Assembly (NCBI GenBank): GCA_037446635.1
Contig: JBBIIG010000006.1
Coordinates: 1 to 64,000 of the forward strand
Length of the DNA stretch: 64,000 nt
Source: a bacterium
GTDB taxonomy: Bacteria; Zhuqueibacterota; Zhuqueibacteria; Oceanimicrobiales; Oceanimicrobiaceae
Direction: 5' to 3'
Position 1 is the first letter of the stretch, and the number at the start of each line of letters is the position of its first letter. A model generated the notes under the pieces. The model saw only the letters and a program-made list of their open reading frames with translations. It was not told the DNA's origin and did no database searches. Below are positions 39,389 through 49,632 of the stretch, one piece after another. The position numbers and the translations under genes are program-made.

Positions 39389-40522
39389 ATGAGCATGATG
39401 ACCCCCGCGATGCGCTACAACCGGTGGTTGCTCACGCTGGCGCTGCTCGCGCCGATGGCTTCGGCCCACGGCCAGAGTTCCAAACCGGTCTTTATTGCCA
39501 TCAACGATGACCTGCGCTATTTCGTTGAACTTGCGCATCGCCGCCACTCGCCGCCGCTAGCCAGTTTCGAAATCAATGAAACGATTCTTACCGCCGCGCT
39601 GCTGTTCGACGCCCTGGGCGCGTACGGGATTCGCTGCAAAGCCGGCGGCGTGCCGTCGAAGCTGTTTGTAAATTCAGAACTGCCGGAGCCGGACAGCCTG
39701 TACGCCAATCCGCCGCTGCGAGTTTTCACCAGCCGCTTGGGCAGTTGCGAAGAATTGGCTGTTCTATATGCCGGCATTTTAGAAGCCGCCGGCGTCAGCA
39801 GCGCCATCGCCACTGCTGGCGGCCGCGTCCTGGTTCTCGTCAACAGCGGAATAAATAAAAAATATGCCGGCGCGGTTTCGCGGGATGTCACGTCGTACAT
39901 CGTCAAGAATCAACTGGTGTGGCTGCCGGTGGACGTGGCTCGGGTGGGGAGTCCATTTCAACAAGCGTGGCGCCGCATCGACGGCCGCGCGCCGATGACG
40001 ATTTTTGAGGTCATCCCGGTGCGAGTTCTCATCAAAGCCAAGGAAATTGGCACCGGGCGCGTGTTCAGCAGCAATTTATCGCGCTCGACGTTAGACCGCT
40101 TGTTCGTCGGCGATCGCGCTTTTTGGGAAAGCGCTGAGTCCAAACGAAAATGGCAAAAGGTGCAGGCGTTGATCGCAGAAGATCGAAAACTCGCGATGAT
40201 TCATTTCAACCGCGGCGCGCAGCATTTAAGCTCCAACCAACCGGATTTGGCGATCGCGGAATTTTACCGGGCGGCGGAATTTGGCGGCGATTTAAGCCAG
40301 TTGCTCTTTTTCATCGCCAAAGCCTACGGCGAAAAGCAGGACTACCAGATGATGAAAAAAATTGGGCAGCAGTTGATCGAAGCGCAAAAGCGGGATCCGC
40401 GCGGTTACCAAATTTTGGGTCTGGCCTTCTATAACAGCGGCGATAAAGAAACCAGCAAACAGTTGCTGGCGCGCGCCAAATTTCTGGAACGCAACTCCCA
40501 CGATCTGGCTAATAAAAATTAG
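39389..40522 (+). CDS. Secreted protein with a degenerate transglutaminase-like domain and C-terminal TPRs
   Basis: Signal peptide; GSCEELAVLYAGILEAAG...WLPVD; TPR helices (IHFNRGA, GYQILGLAFY). Confidence 0.7.
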   Translation: MSMMTPAMRYNRWLLTLALLAPMASAHGQSSKPVFIAINDDLRYFVELAHRRHSPPLASFEINETILTAALLFDALGAYGIRCKAGGVPSKLFVNSELPEPDSLYANPPLRVFTSRLGSCEELAVLYAGILEAAGVSSAIATAGGRVLVLVNSGINKKYAGAVSRDVTSYIVKNQLVWLPVDVARVGSPFQQAWRRIDGRAPMTIFEVIPVRVLIKAKEIGTGRVFSSNLSRSTLDRLFVGDRAFWESAESKRKWQKVQALIAEDRKLAMIHFNRGAQHLSSNQPDLAIAEFYRAAEFGGDLSQLLFFIAKAYGEKQDYQMMKKIGQQLIEAQKRDPRGYQILGLAFYNSGDKETSKQLLARAKFLERNSHDLANKN

Positions 40523-40660
40523 CAGAGATAAATACGTGATTATAAATCGCAAGTGTTACGAGTGTGGGAATTTGGCCGGTGCGCTGCCTTTGCTTGCCTC
40601 TACGCAGGTTGCTCGTTCAAATGGGACTGCTTCGGTCCGGCCTTTTGTTTTGACCCATGT

Positions 40661-41917
40661 TTAAAGATGTTCAATTGACAGGATGGTGATATCGTCCCAG
40701 CGGTGGCCCGGCCGGCTGAATGTTTTGGCCGCTTGGGTAAGGTGATCGAAGACGAGGTCAATCGGCTGCCGCCCGGTTTCGTGCAGCGCCTTCTGCATCC
40801 AGCCCGAGTCAAAATGTTCCTGGTTTTGGTTTTCGGCTTCGCTGAGGCCGTCGGTGTACAAGAGCAGGCGGTCGCCCTTTTTTAGCTCCACCACCACTTC
40901 CTCGCCGGGTTTATAAAGCTCGCCGTTGGCAACCCCCAACAACAGGCCGTTGGCCGGCACGCGCTCAACCTTGAGGTCTCTGGCGCGAATATGAAACGGG
41001 TAAGGCACGCCGCCGTTCACAATGCGGCAGACACCGCTGCGGGTGTCCACGGTTGCCGCCATGGCGGCGACGAAAAAGCCTTTGGGAAGAATCGGATAAA
41101 ACGCTTTGTTCATGGCGGCGAGGATTTCCGCGGGCGCGATCCTTGCGTCTCGGAAGCTGGAAAATACCGATTTCAGCAGCACCGTAATCAGCGCCGACTG
41201 GATGCCGTGGCCGGTGACGTCCGCAATCACGACGCCGATTTTTTCATTGGCGAGGGGAACGACGTCATAAAAATCGCCGCCAATTTCCAGTGTCGGCAGG
41301 TATTTCGCGGCAATCGAGATGGCGTTGATCTTGGGAAAATTTTGCGGCATCATACTCAACTGCACACTCTGCGCCAGCCGCAGTTCCTCTTTCAGCAATT
41401 CATTGTCGAGCGCCAGGCGGTCGCGTTCCAACAAAATGCCATCCAATTCTTTAATTTTTTTCTGCAGTTGAATCTTTAAATCTTTTTGAGCGAGCCCGTT
41501 GCGGATCACTATCTTGAGGTGATCGTTATCCCACGGTTTTTCGATGTATTGAAAAATTCCCACTTCGTTGATGGCTTTGATGGCGTTTTCTTTGTCCGCG
41601 TAACCGGTGAGCAGGATCGGGGAAATTTCCGGATAGAGCCGCTTCGCCTCTTTTATTAATTTGAGGCCGTCCATTTCTGGCATGAGAAAATCCGAGATCA
41701 GCACGTCGGGCGGCGTAATTTGAATGTTCTCTAAAGCCTCGAGCGGCGACTCGAAGGTGAGGACCTCGTAATCCGTTTCAAAGCGCAGAAACGAGGAAAC
41801 GGTTTTGGTGACGATCTCTTCGTCGTCCACCACCACAATCAGCGGCGGACGTTTTCGCTGCTCAGCGGCCTCAGCCAGACTGAACGCTCCCGATTGATTT
41901 TGAATGGATTGATTCAT
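40661..41917 (-). CDS. Response regulator with PP2C/SpoIIE (RsbU-like) phosphatase domain
   Basis: VVDDE/ISDFLMP receiver; IGGDFYD, IADVTGHG, LYTDGL, DDITIL. Confidence 0.95.
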   Translation of the reverse strand: MNQSIQNQSGAFSLAEAAEQRKRPPLIVVVDDEEIVTKTVSSFLRFETDYEVLTFESPLEALENIQITPPDVLISDFLMPEMDGLKLIKEAKRLYPEISPILLTGYADKENAIKAINEVGIFQYIEKPWDNDHLKIVIRNGLAQKDLKIQLQKKIKELDGILLERDRLALDNELLKEELRLAQSVQLSMMPQNFPKINAISIAAKYLPTLEIGGDFYDVVPLANEKIGVVIADVTGHGIQSALITVLLKSVFSSFRDARIAPAEILAAMNKAFYPILPKGFFVAAMAATVDTRSGVCRIVNGGVPYPFHIRARDLKVERVPANGLLLGVANGELYKPGEEVVVELKKGDRLLLYTDGLSEAENQNQEHFDSGWMQKALHETGRQPIDLVFDHLTQAAKTFSRPGHRWDDITILSIEHL

Positions 41918-42156
41918 ACTTCCAATGTCAGCCTGCTTTAAAAAGCGGACGGCTTGGCTCTGTTATGAATTTGGGTTAGCGAATTGAGTCAAACTCGAAG
42001 AGTTGATGGGCGTGAAAAACCTGCGCGGCTTTTTCGGCCACGTAAGACTACGAATTTCTTAAAGAAAAAGCAAGTTAATTTTGAAGGATTGGTTTCCCCA
42101 ACGAGCAAGAATCCGGCGGAGTGAAACGCTTAAGCGTTTCACTCCGCTAGACAAGC

Positions 42157-45100
42157 TTATTCCGTCGAAGTCGTGCGATCCGCCCGATCCGGATAACTCG
42201 GCTTCGGCATTTTCTGCGGCGGATTCTTTTGCAGCATCTCCAAGATCACGGCGATGGCTTTTTCCAATTGCGGGTCGCGGCCGGATACCAGCTCGTGCGG
42301 CGCATTTTCGACGTCGTAATCCGGCTCCACGCCGTGGCCTTCCACGTCCCACTTGCCTTCGGTGTTGAAGAAACCGAACGTTGGCGCAGAAACGAAGCCG
42401 CCGTCAATGGGCTGGGGGTTGCCGCTGATGCCGATCAGCCCGCCCCAGGTGCGTTTGCCCACCAGCGGGCCGAGCCCGGCTTTGCGGAAGTAGTAAGGAA
42501 AGGCATCGCCGCCGGAGCCGGCCCAGCCGTTCACCAGCATTACTTTCGGGCCGGTGTGAGCCACAAACGGCGTCTGCCAGTCACGGTGATCGCGGCGTCC
42601 CCAGTAATTGTAAATGGGGCGATTCAAAAGCTCGATGAAGCGATCCGGAATCTGGCCGCCGCTGTTGAAGCGTTCGTCGATGATGAGGCCGTCTTTGATG
42701 CGCTGCGGGGTGAACTGCCGCACCAGCTCGTTCTGCCCGTTGATGCCGGTGTCCGGCACATAAACGTAGCCGACTCGTCCGCCGGTGGCTTCCTCAACTT
42801 TGCGGCGATTGTTTTCGATCCACGCCAGGTTGCGCAGCCGGAACTCGCTGGCGAGCGGCTTCACCACCACTTCGCGGGCGCCGGTCATCGAGGGTGTGGA
42901 GTTGATGGTCAAGGTCGCCACTTCGCCGGCCAACCCCTGAAATGCCGCCCACGGATCTTTCGAGGTATCCACCCGCAAACCATTCACCGCCAGCAGGTAG
43001 TCGCCTTCTTTGACATTCACGCCGGGTTCGCGCAGGGGCGAGCGCGGCTCGTCGTCCCAGGCCGCGCCTTCGTAAATTTTTTTGAAGCGGTAGGCGTTGC
43101 CGGTTTTGTCCAATTCAAAATCGCAGCCCAGCAAACCCACCGAGACTTTTTTCGGTTCTTCGAGATCGCCGCCGCCGACATAAGCGTGGGAGGCGTTGAG
43201 CTCGGCGATCATCTCGCCGATGACGTAATTGAGATCGGCGCGGTCCACTACGAAGGGCAGCAGCGCGGCGTAGCGTTTTTTGATGGCGGGCCAGTCCAAA
43301 CCGTGCATCGCGGGGTCATAGAAAAAGTCGCGCTGCACGCGCCAGGCCTCGTTGAAAATTTGCGTCCACTCCTCCTGCGGGTTGATCCAGGCTTCCAATT
43401 TGTCGGCGGCGATTTTGCCGTCGCCAACTTTTTTGTCCGCGGCCAGCTCGACGATGCCGTAGGTGTCCTTGCTTTTGTAAATCACTTTTTTGCCGTCGGC
43501 GGACAGCTCGTAGGTGTCGATGCCGGAGAGGACGGTTTTTTCTTCGCGCTCTTCGAGGTCAAAATATTTCAGCGTACCAGAGGGTTCGCCGGGTTTGGCC
43601 GCGCCCTGCGCCGGGTACTGTGCATAAACCACTTTGCCCTTCACCGCCCGCAGCGGTCCGACGTTTTGCGTTTCAGCGAGTTTCACCACCCGGGTCTCGA
43701 ACCCATCAAAATCAATCTTAACGGGCTCGATTTTCTTCTCATCCTCCTTTTCCTCGTTCTCTTTCTTGGAATCTTTTTTCTTGTCTTTATCCTTATCTTT
43801 TGCCTCAGCCTCAGCTTCTCCTTCTTCATCACTGCGAGGCGCGAGCGGCGAGGGCAGGTCTTTTCTTAACGTCGCGGCATAAACATTGGTGGCGTTGGGA
43901 TAGACCCAGGTGGCGTCGAGGTCAGAGTACACCGGGCGGAAGGCGCGGTCGGAATAAAAGTAAAGATACTTGCCTTCGGGATCGAAAACCGGATTGGTAT
44001 CATTGTAATACGCGCTGGTCACCTGACGTGCGAGATTCTGATCGGTATCAAAAATGAAGATGGCATTATTGGTGTTGGCCAGCGATTTGGCATACGTAAT
44101 CCAGCGGCTGTCCGGCGACCACGAGTAGCTGCCCATGTTGGACCATTCGTTGCGGTCCACCAACTTCGGCTGGCCGTCGGCGACATTCAAATAAAACAAG
44201 TTGCCGGCTTTGTCGCTAAACGCGATGCGTTTGCTGTCCGGCGACCACACAGGCCGGTAATAGTAGGTCTGGCTGCCTTTGGTAATCTGGCGCTCGCTGG
44301 TTTTGCCCGCCTCGGCGGGCTTGCCATCGCCGGGACGAATGTACAACTCGTACTCGCCGCTGCGGTCGGAAAAATAGGCGACGTGCTTGCCGTCGGGCGA
44401 CCACGTCGGATACCGCTCGGCGACCCCCGAGGAATTGGTCAAATTTCGCACGCTGCCGTGTTTTTCCGGCACGGTGAAAACTTCGCCGCGCGCTTCAAAC
44501 AGGGCGCGCTTGCCGCTGGGGGAGAGGGAAAAATTTTGAATGTTCTCCGCCACGTTTTTGAGGTCGGCGCGCGCTTGCGGCAAATCCGCCGGCACCCGCA
44601 CCTCGATGGGTTTGGCGGTTTCGGTTGCGAGTTCGAGCACGTGCAGCTTGCCGCCGTTTTCAAACACGATGGCCTCGGGCCCGAGGCTCGGCCATTTTAC
44701 GTCGTACTCGGTGAAGGTTGTGACTTGCCGCGTTTGTTGCGTGTTAAGGTCATACGCCCAGATGTTCAGCTTCTTGCGATCGTCGCGGTCAGAAAGGAAA
44801 TACACGGTGTCCCCGTGCCACATGGGCAGGGCGTCGGTGCCCTCGAAGTCAGTGAATTTTTCGGAGGTGTTATTTTTGAAATCGTAAAACCAGAGGTCGC
44901 TGGCCCAGCCGCCGCGATAGCGTTTCCAGGTGCGAAACTCCCGCGACTGAATTTGAAACGCGATGCGGCTGCCGTCGGCGTTGAAGCTGGCCAGTTCCCC
45001 GTATTCCAGTGGAAGCTGCTCGGGAAGTCCGCCGGTAGCCGGTTGTTTAAACAGACGATTGAAGCGAAAAGACGGGCTGGTCATCAGCGAGCGGTACAAA

Positions 45101-45477
45101 ACGTTTTGGCCGTCGGGATACCATTCCACCACCAAATCGTTGCTGGGGTGATGGGTGAGCCGGACGGGCGCGCCGCCGGTGCTGGGCATGACATAAACAT
45201 CGGTGTTGCCGTCGTAGTTGCCGCTGAAAGCGATCCAGTTGCCGTCGGGGGAAAATTTGGGAAACAACTCCTGTCCCTTTGGCGAACTCAACTTGGCTGC
45301 CGTGCCGCCGTTTTTGGGAACGGTCCACAAATCGCCGGCATAGACGAACACAATGCGGTCGGCGCTGATATCCGGGAAGCGCAGCATGCGGGCGTCGGGG
45401 GTTTCGGGCAATGTCATTTGCGCCCGCAGGATCGCGCTGACAAAACAAAACAGCGCTGCGGTGAGTAGTTTTTTCAT
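42157..45477 (-). CDS. Tricorn protease (S41 family)
   Basis: Signal peptide; PD40 propellers; LNASHAY; PDZ; IIDERFNSGG; AGSGGD; GKRTWGG; GHGVEPD. Confidence 0.96.
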   Translation of the reverse strand: MKKLLTAALFCFVSAILRAQMTLPETPDARMLRFPDISADRIVFVYAGDLWTVPKNGGTAAKLSSPKGQELFPKFSPDGNWIAFSGNYDGNTDVYVMPSTGGAPVRLTHHPSNDLVVEWYPDGQNVLYRSLMTSPSFRFNRLFKQPATGGLPEQLPLEYGELASFNADGSRIAFQIQSREFRTWKRYRGGWASDLWFYDFKNNTSEKFTDFEGTDALPMWHGDTVYFLSDRDDRKKLNIWAYDLNTQQTRQVTTFTEYDVKWPSLGPEAIVFENGGKLHVLELATETAKPIEVRVPADLPQARADLKNVAENIQNFSLSPSGKRALFEARGEVFTVPEKHGSVRNLTNSSGVAERYPTWSPDGKHVAYFSDRSGEYELYIRPGDGKPAEAGKTSERQITKGSQTYYYRPVWSPDSKRIAFSDKAGNLFYLNVADGQPKLVDRNEWSNMGSYSWSPDSRWITYAKSLANTNNAIFIFDTDQNLARQVTSAYYNDTNPVFDPEGKYLYFYSDRAFRPVYSDLDATWVYPNATNVYAATLRKDLPSPLAPRSDEEGEAEAEAKDKDKDKKKDSKKENEEKEDEKKIEPVKIDFDGFETRVVKLAETQNVGPLRAVKGKVVYAQYPAQGAAKPGEPSGTLKYFDLEEREEKTVLSGIDTYELSADGKKVIYKSKDTYGIVELAADKKVGDGKIAADKLEAWINPQEEWTQIFNEAWRVQRDFFYDPAMHGLDWPAIKKRYAALLPFVVDRADLNYVIGEMIAELNASHAYVGGGDLEEPKKVSVGLLGCDFELDKTGNAYRFKKIYEGAAWDDEPRSPLREPGVNVKEGDYLLAVNGLRVDTSKDPWAAFQGLAGEVATLTINSTPSMTGAREVVVKPLASEFRLRNLAWIENNRRKVEEATGGRVGYVYVPDTGINGQNELVRQFTPQRIKDGLIIDERFNSGGQIPDRFIELLNRPIYNYWGRRDHRDWQTPFVAHTGPKVMLVNGWAGSGGDAFPYYFRKAGLGPLVGKRTWGGLIGISGNPQPIDGGFVSAPTFGFFNTEGKWDVEGHGVEPDYDVENAPHELVSGRDPQLEKAIAVILEMLQKNPPQKMPKPSYPDRADRTTSTE

Positions 45478-45528
45478 GACTCCTCCAGAAAAATTGGGAT
45501 TAGAGTTGGATTATTTGAGTTGCACTTG

Positions 45529-45557
45529 TTAGACGAAGAAAGTCGGCCAAAGGTTGT
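45529..45557 (-). promoter_or_regulatory. Putative ECF promoter of the tricorn protease gene
   Basis: Minus strand ACAAC-N17-CGTCTAA, about 50 nt before the ATG. Confidence 0.55.
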
Positions 45558-45687
45558 TTTACCTTTGAAATTTAAAACGCAAGGGGTGTGATTCCGGAAC
45601 ATCGCGGCGAGAAAACGATTGCCGCCGACCTGACGGTTCGAAATTTCGTAATGGGCATCCCGATTATTTAGAACAATGGTGAATCAT

Positions 45688-47343
45688 TTACAAGATGGAG
45701 ATGTTTTCCTTTACGGGTAGTTCAGTATGATCCACTACCGTCACGGGACGCTCGACCTCGCCCGGGGTTGGATTGTAAAAAGGCGAATACCGACCGACCG
45801 CCTCCGGGTCGCCGTGGGTTTTGGTGATATATTCGTGAAAATGTTTGTGCAGGGTCATAAACGAAGTGGCTTCCACAAATTTGCGCACCGAAGCGTGGCC
45901 GCGGAAACTTTCGCGCAACGTATTGATGAAGAACCGCCGCCGTTTTTTATTTTTAGTAAAGATAAAGTGGCGGGCGATGTTGAATAAAATTTTCGGCGTC
46001 TTCCTTGTGGTAAACGGAAGATTTTGCCGAAAGCGTGTCAGGCCCGGAGTAAAATTTTGCAGCGCGGTGACCAGCCGTTTCGAATAGTTGTCGTAGGCAT
46101 AGAGGGCGCGAATGAGCCAATTGTAGCCGTTAAGCAGTTCCTCTCGCGTCATCAATTTGGGGACGAAGTTCAAATCGGCGGCGCCGTGCGCTAATTGATT
46201 TTCGTAATTGTACTCCAGCAAGCGGCCTTCTCGTTTCATGCGCTCGTAGAGGGGAGTTTTTTCGATGGCCACCAGCACGCCGCAGGTGGTGAAGGGAATG
46301 CCGGCTTCCATCAAAAAATCAAATTGTTCCTGAAAGATGTTTTTGTCGTCGTGATCAAACCCAACAATCATGCCCGCAATCACGACGATGTTATAAGACT
46401 GGATTTTGTGCACGTCGGCGACAATGGAGCCGTGGGTGTTCTGGCGCTTGTTGGTTTCCAGGAGACTGTCTTTGCGGGGGGATTCGATGCCGATGAAGAT
46501 GGTTTCAAAATTGGCCGCCTGCAAAAGGCTCAGCAGTTCATCTTTGCTGGCTAAATTCAAGGTGGCTTCGCAGGCAAAGGTGATGGGATAGTTATATTTC
46601 TTGCAGAAGTTGATCAGCTCGTGCGTGAGCTCTTTGGCGAATTTGGTGTTAGCGATATAGTTGGCGTCGCTGAAGGTGACGTATTTCACGCCCAACTCGC
46701 GCAGCTTGTTGACCTCGGTCATCACCTGCTCGATGGATTTCACACGCGGGATGCGGCCGTCGGTGATAATGATATCGCAGAATTCGCAATCAAAGGGGCA
46801 GCCGCGGGTGGTTTGCACGTAAAAGGCCTGGTAGGACTTCGCGTCCAATTTCTCGAACGCCGGCACCGGCGAGTCGGCCATGCTCACCTTTTCTTCCTGA
46901 ATATAAAAATCTTTGTGGCGGCCATTTTTGAAGTCGTTCAAAAATTCCGGCCAGATGTACTCGCATTCGCCGGAGATGACGGTATCTACGTACGGCCGTA
47001 CGCGGTCCGGGCAGAGGGAGGCGTAGGGTCCGCCCAGCGCCACGTGCTTGCCGCGCCGGCGGAACTCGGCGGCGATTTCATAGGCCCGTTTGGCTTGCAC
47101 ATTGAACGCCGTGAGCGCAATCAGGTCGGCGTCGGTGTCAAAGTTGATGGCTTCGATTTCCTCGTCGTAAACTTCCATCTCCCAATCCTGCGGGGTGAGC
47201 GCCATCGCAGTTGCGAGCCCAAGAGGAGCAAAGGCGGTTTTCACACCGGTGATGGGGCGGATGCCGCGGAAACTCCACAGCGTATCCGGAAATTGCGGGT
47301 GAACATACGCGATTTTCATAGACAATTCCTTAAAAAAATTCAT
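45688..47343 (-). CDS. Cobalamin-binding radical SAM protein (DUF4070/HpnP-like)
   Basis: PLGLAT, LGGPYAS B12-binding region; RGCPFDCEFC; FIGIES; GMIVGFDHD; start could be 47319. Confidence 0.92.
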   Translation of the reverse strand: MNFFKELSMKIAYVHPQFPDTLWSFRGIRPITGVKTAFAPLGLATAMALTPQDWEMEVYDEEIEAINFDTDADLIALTAFNVQAKRAYEIAAEFRRRGKHVALGGPYASLCPDRVRPYVDTVISGECEYIWPEFLNDFKNGRHKDFYIQEEKVSMADSPVPAFEKLDAKSYQAFYVQTTRGCPFDCEFCDIIITDGRIPRVKSIEQVMTEVNKLRELGVKYVTFSDANYIANTKFAKELTHELINFCKKYNYPITFACEATLNLASKDELLSLLQAANFETIFIGIESPRKDSLLETNKRQNTHGSIVADVHKIQSYNIVVIAGMIVGFDHDDKNIFQEQFDFLMEAGIPFTTCGVLVAIEKTPLYERMKREGRLLEYNYENQLAHGAADLNFVPKLMTREELLNGYNWLIRALYAYDNYSKRLVTALQNFTPGLTRFRQNLPFTTRKTPKILFNIARHFIFTKNKKRRRFFINTLRESFRGHASVRKFVEATSFMTLHKHFHEYITKTHGDPEAVGRYSPFYNPTPGEVERPVTVVDHTELPVKENISIL

Positions 47344-47483
47344 GCCGCCACAAGGCGGGGACTGACAGCCCGGTCTGGCGTTATTTAGAAGGGTGAAAAA
47401 ATGTGGTTAAGAAATTAATAAAATTCTCCTATTTGTCAAGACTTTTCTCTGATTTGGGATGCTGATACGCGGCCAATAATGTG

Positions 47484-47512
47484 TTGACTTTCACTGCTAA
47501 AATTAATATATT
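47484..47512 (+). promoter_or_regulatory. Sigma70 promoter of tRNA-Leu/tig
   Basis: TTGACT-N17-TATATT. Confidence 0.65.
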
Positions 47513-47524
47513 TTTGCCGCTTTT

Positions 47525-47606
47525 GCGAGAGTGGCGGAACTGGCAGACGCGCTAGACTTAGGATCTAGTGCCGAAAGGCGTGTGGGTTCGAGTCCCTCCT
47601 CTCGCA
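47525..47606 (+). tRNA. tRNA-Leu(TAG)
   Basis: GCGAGAG acceptor, CTAGA-CTTAGGA-TCTAG anticodon arm, long variable arm GCC-GAAA-GGC, GTTCGAGTC. Confidence 0.96.
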
Positions 47607-47646
47607 CATTTTTGTTTTGAGTTTATTGAATTTCTGAAGGCAGATT

Positions 47647-48954
47647 TTGGAAACGAAAATTATAAAAGAAGGAAATACCAAACGCCGCATTGAAGTGGAG
47701 GTTCCGCAGGCGGAGCTGCAACCCCACTTCGACGCCGTTTACCGATCCTACCAAAAGAACGTTAAGCTCAAAGGCTTTCGCAAAGGCAAAGCGCCCCTCG
47801 GGTTGATCAAAAAACTTTTTAATGAGGAGATTCAAAGCGAGGCCATCGACGAGGTGGTGCAAAACGTTTTCAAAGGGGTCACCCAAAAGGAGAATCTGCG
47901 GCCGGTGGCGCCGGCAAAAATCGACGACCTGCACTACCACCCGGAAGGCAGCCTCCACTTCGTGGCGACCGTCGAGGTGGTTCCCGAAATCGAGATTAAA
48001 AACTATCGCGGCCTGGCGGTCGAGAAGGAAATTTACGAAGTGGGCGATGACGACGTGGCGGCGGCGCTGGCCGACCTGCGCGAGGAGATGGCGGTGATGC
48101 AGCCGGTGGAAGACGCCGCACAGTTCGGGCACTTTATCCTCGCCGATTTTCAGGAAGTGGATATTTCCGGGGCGCCGCTCATCGGCAAAAAATATGGCGA
48201 CCAATTTTTTCAACTCAACCAGGACGGCGACGATTTCAATAAACAAATCTCCCAGCAACTTTTAGGCGTGAAGCCCGGCGAAACCCGGCGAGTTGAAGTT
48301 CTGCCCATGCGCACCGACGCCTCCCAGTCCAACCAGCCGGGGTGGTTCAACATTTTCGTCAAAGAAATTAAGGCGAAGCAGTTGCCGGAGTTGGACGATG
48401 AGCTGGCCAAAGATGTCGGCGATTTCGAGAACCTCGATCGCCTTAAAGCGGATATCAGAGAGAAGATTGCTCGGCGGAGTCAGGCCAACAATCGGCGCAA
48501 ATTATACGACCATCTTATCGATGAGCTGCTCAAACAGAATCCCTTCGATCTACCGGAGGCGATGATTACCAGCTACCTCGACGAGGTGGTGGAGGGTGCC
48601 AGAAAAGATAACCAGCAGCCTATCGATGAACAGGCGATTCGCGAGCAATACCGCCCGCTGGCAATCTGGAGTTTCAAGTGGGAGCTGGCCAAAAACAAGA
48701 TCATCGAAATGGAGAACATCACCATTTCTGAAGAGGATAAAAAAGCTTACATCCAGCGGCTGGCGGCGGAACGCAATGTCGATGAACAGAAAGTGTGGAA
48801 TTCCATAAAGGCTGCGCGCGATCAAAAACGTTTCGAGGACGATGTTTTGGAGTCGAAGGTGTTGCAGTTTTTGGAGCAGCACGCTCAAATCAGCGAGCGC
48901 AAAGTCACCCGCCGCGATTTGGAGCGCGCGAAAGAATTGGCGATTGCCAGGTAA
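47647..48954 (+). CDS. tig: Trigger factor
   Basis: GFRKGKAP signature, LPELDDELAK, position before clpP; TTG start. Confidence 0.95.
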   Translation: METKIIKEGNTKRRIEVEVPQAELQPHFDAVYRSYQKNVKLKGFRKGKAPLGLIKKLFNEEIQSEAIDEVVQNVFKGVTQKENLRPVAPAKIDDLHYHPEGSLHFVATVEVVPEIEIKNYRGLAVEKEIYEVGDDDVAAALADLREEMAVMQPVEDAAQFGHFILADFQEVDISGAPLIGKKYGDQFFQLNQDGDDFNKQISQQLLGVKPGETRRVEVLPMRTDASQSNQPGWFNIFVKEIKAKQLPELDDELAKDVGDFENLDRLKADIREKIARRSQANNRRKLYDHLIDELLKQNPFDLPEAMITSYLDEVVEGARKDNQQPIDEQAIREQYRPLAIWSFKWELAKNKIIEMENITISEEDKKAYIQRLAAERNVDEQKVWNSIKAARDQKRFEDDVLESKVLQFLEQHAQISERKVTRRDLERAKELAIAR

Positions 48955-48997
48955 AAGTGTAATTAATAATTTTGAGATAATTTAGAAAGAGAAAACC

Positions 48998-49618
48998 ATG
49001 GGACTTGTACCAATTGTAGTTGAGCAGACGGGCCGCGGCGAGCGCGCCTACGACATTTTTTCGCGCCTATTGAAAGAGCGCATCATTTTTCTCGGCAGCG
49101 CTATCGACGACAACGTCGCGAGCTTGTGCATCGCGCAAATGCTGTTTCTCGAGGCCGAAGATCCGGAGAAAGATATTTCCATTTACATTAATTCCCCCGG
49201 CGGCTACGTTTCCTCTGGGCTGGCGATTTACGACACCATGCAGCACGTCAAGCCGGACATCGTGACGTATTGCATGGGCCAGGCCTCCAGCATGGGCGCG
49301 ATCATTCTGGCGGCCGGCAAAAAGGGCAAACGCTTTGCCTTGCCCCACGCACGGGTGATGATTCACCAGCCGTTGGGCGGCGCCCAGGGCCAGGCGTCGG
49401 ATATTGAAATTCACACCAAAGAAATTTTGCTTATCCGCGAAAAACTCAACGAGATTCTGGCGTATCACACTGGCCAGCCCATCGAGAAAATCGCCAAAGA
49501 CAGCGATCGCAATTTCTTCATGTCCGCCGAAGACGCCAAAAAATACGGCCTGATCGACGATGTGATCGACCGCAAAGGCCTGGCCAAAAAGATGTCGAAA
49601 AACGGCGAGAAAAGATAG
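48998..49618 (+). CDS. clpP: ATP-dependent Clp protease proteolytic subunit
   Basis: [35 protein letters not shown]. Confidence 0.98.
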   Translation: MGLVPIVVEQTGRGERAYDIFSRLLKERIIFLGSAIDDNVASLCIAQMLFLEAEDPEKDISIYINSPGGYVSSGLAIYDTMQHVKPDIVTYCMGQASSMGAIILAAGKKGKRFALPHARVMIHQPLGGAQGQASDIEIHTKEILLIREKLNEILAYHTGQPIEKIAKDSDRNFFMSAEDAKKYGLIDDVIDRKGLAKKMSKNGEKR

Positions 49619-49632
49619 GAGCCCGGACCGCA

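Noticed and set aside
42229..45468. 546-aa and 361-aa plus-strand ORFs
   Set aside because: Antisense shadows of the tricorn protease gene caused by codon bias
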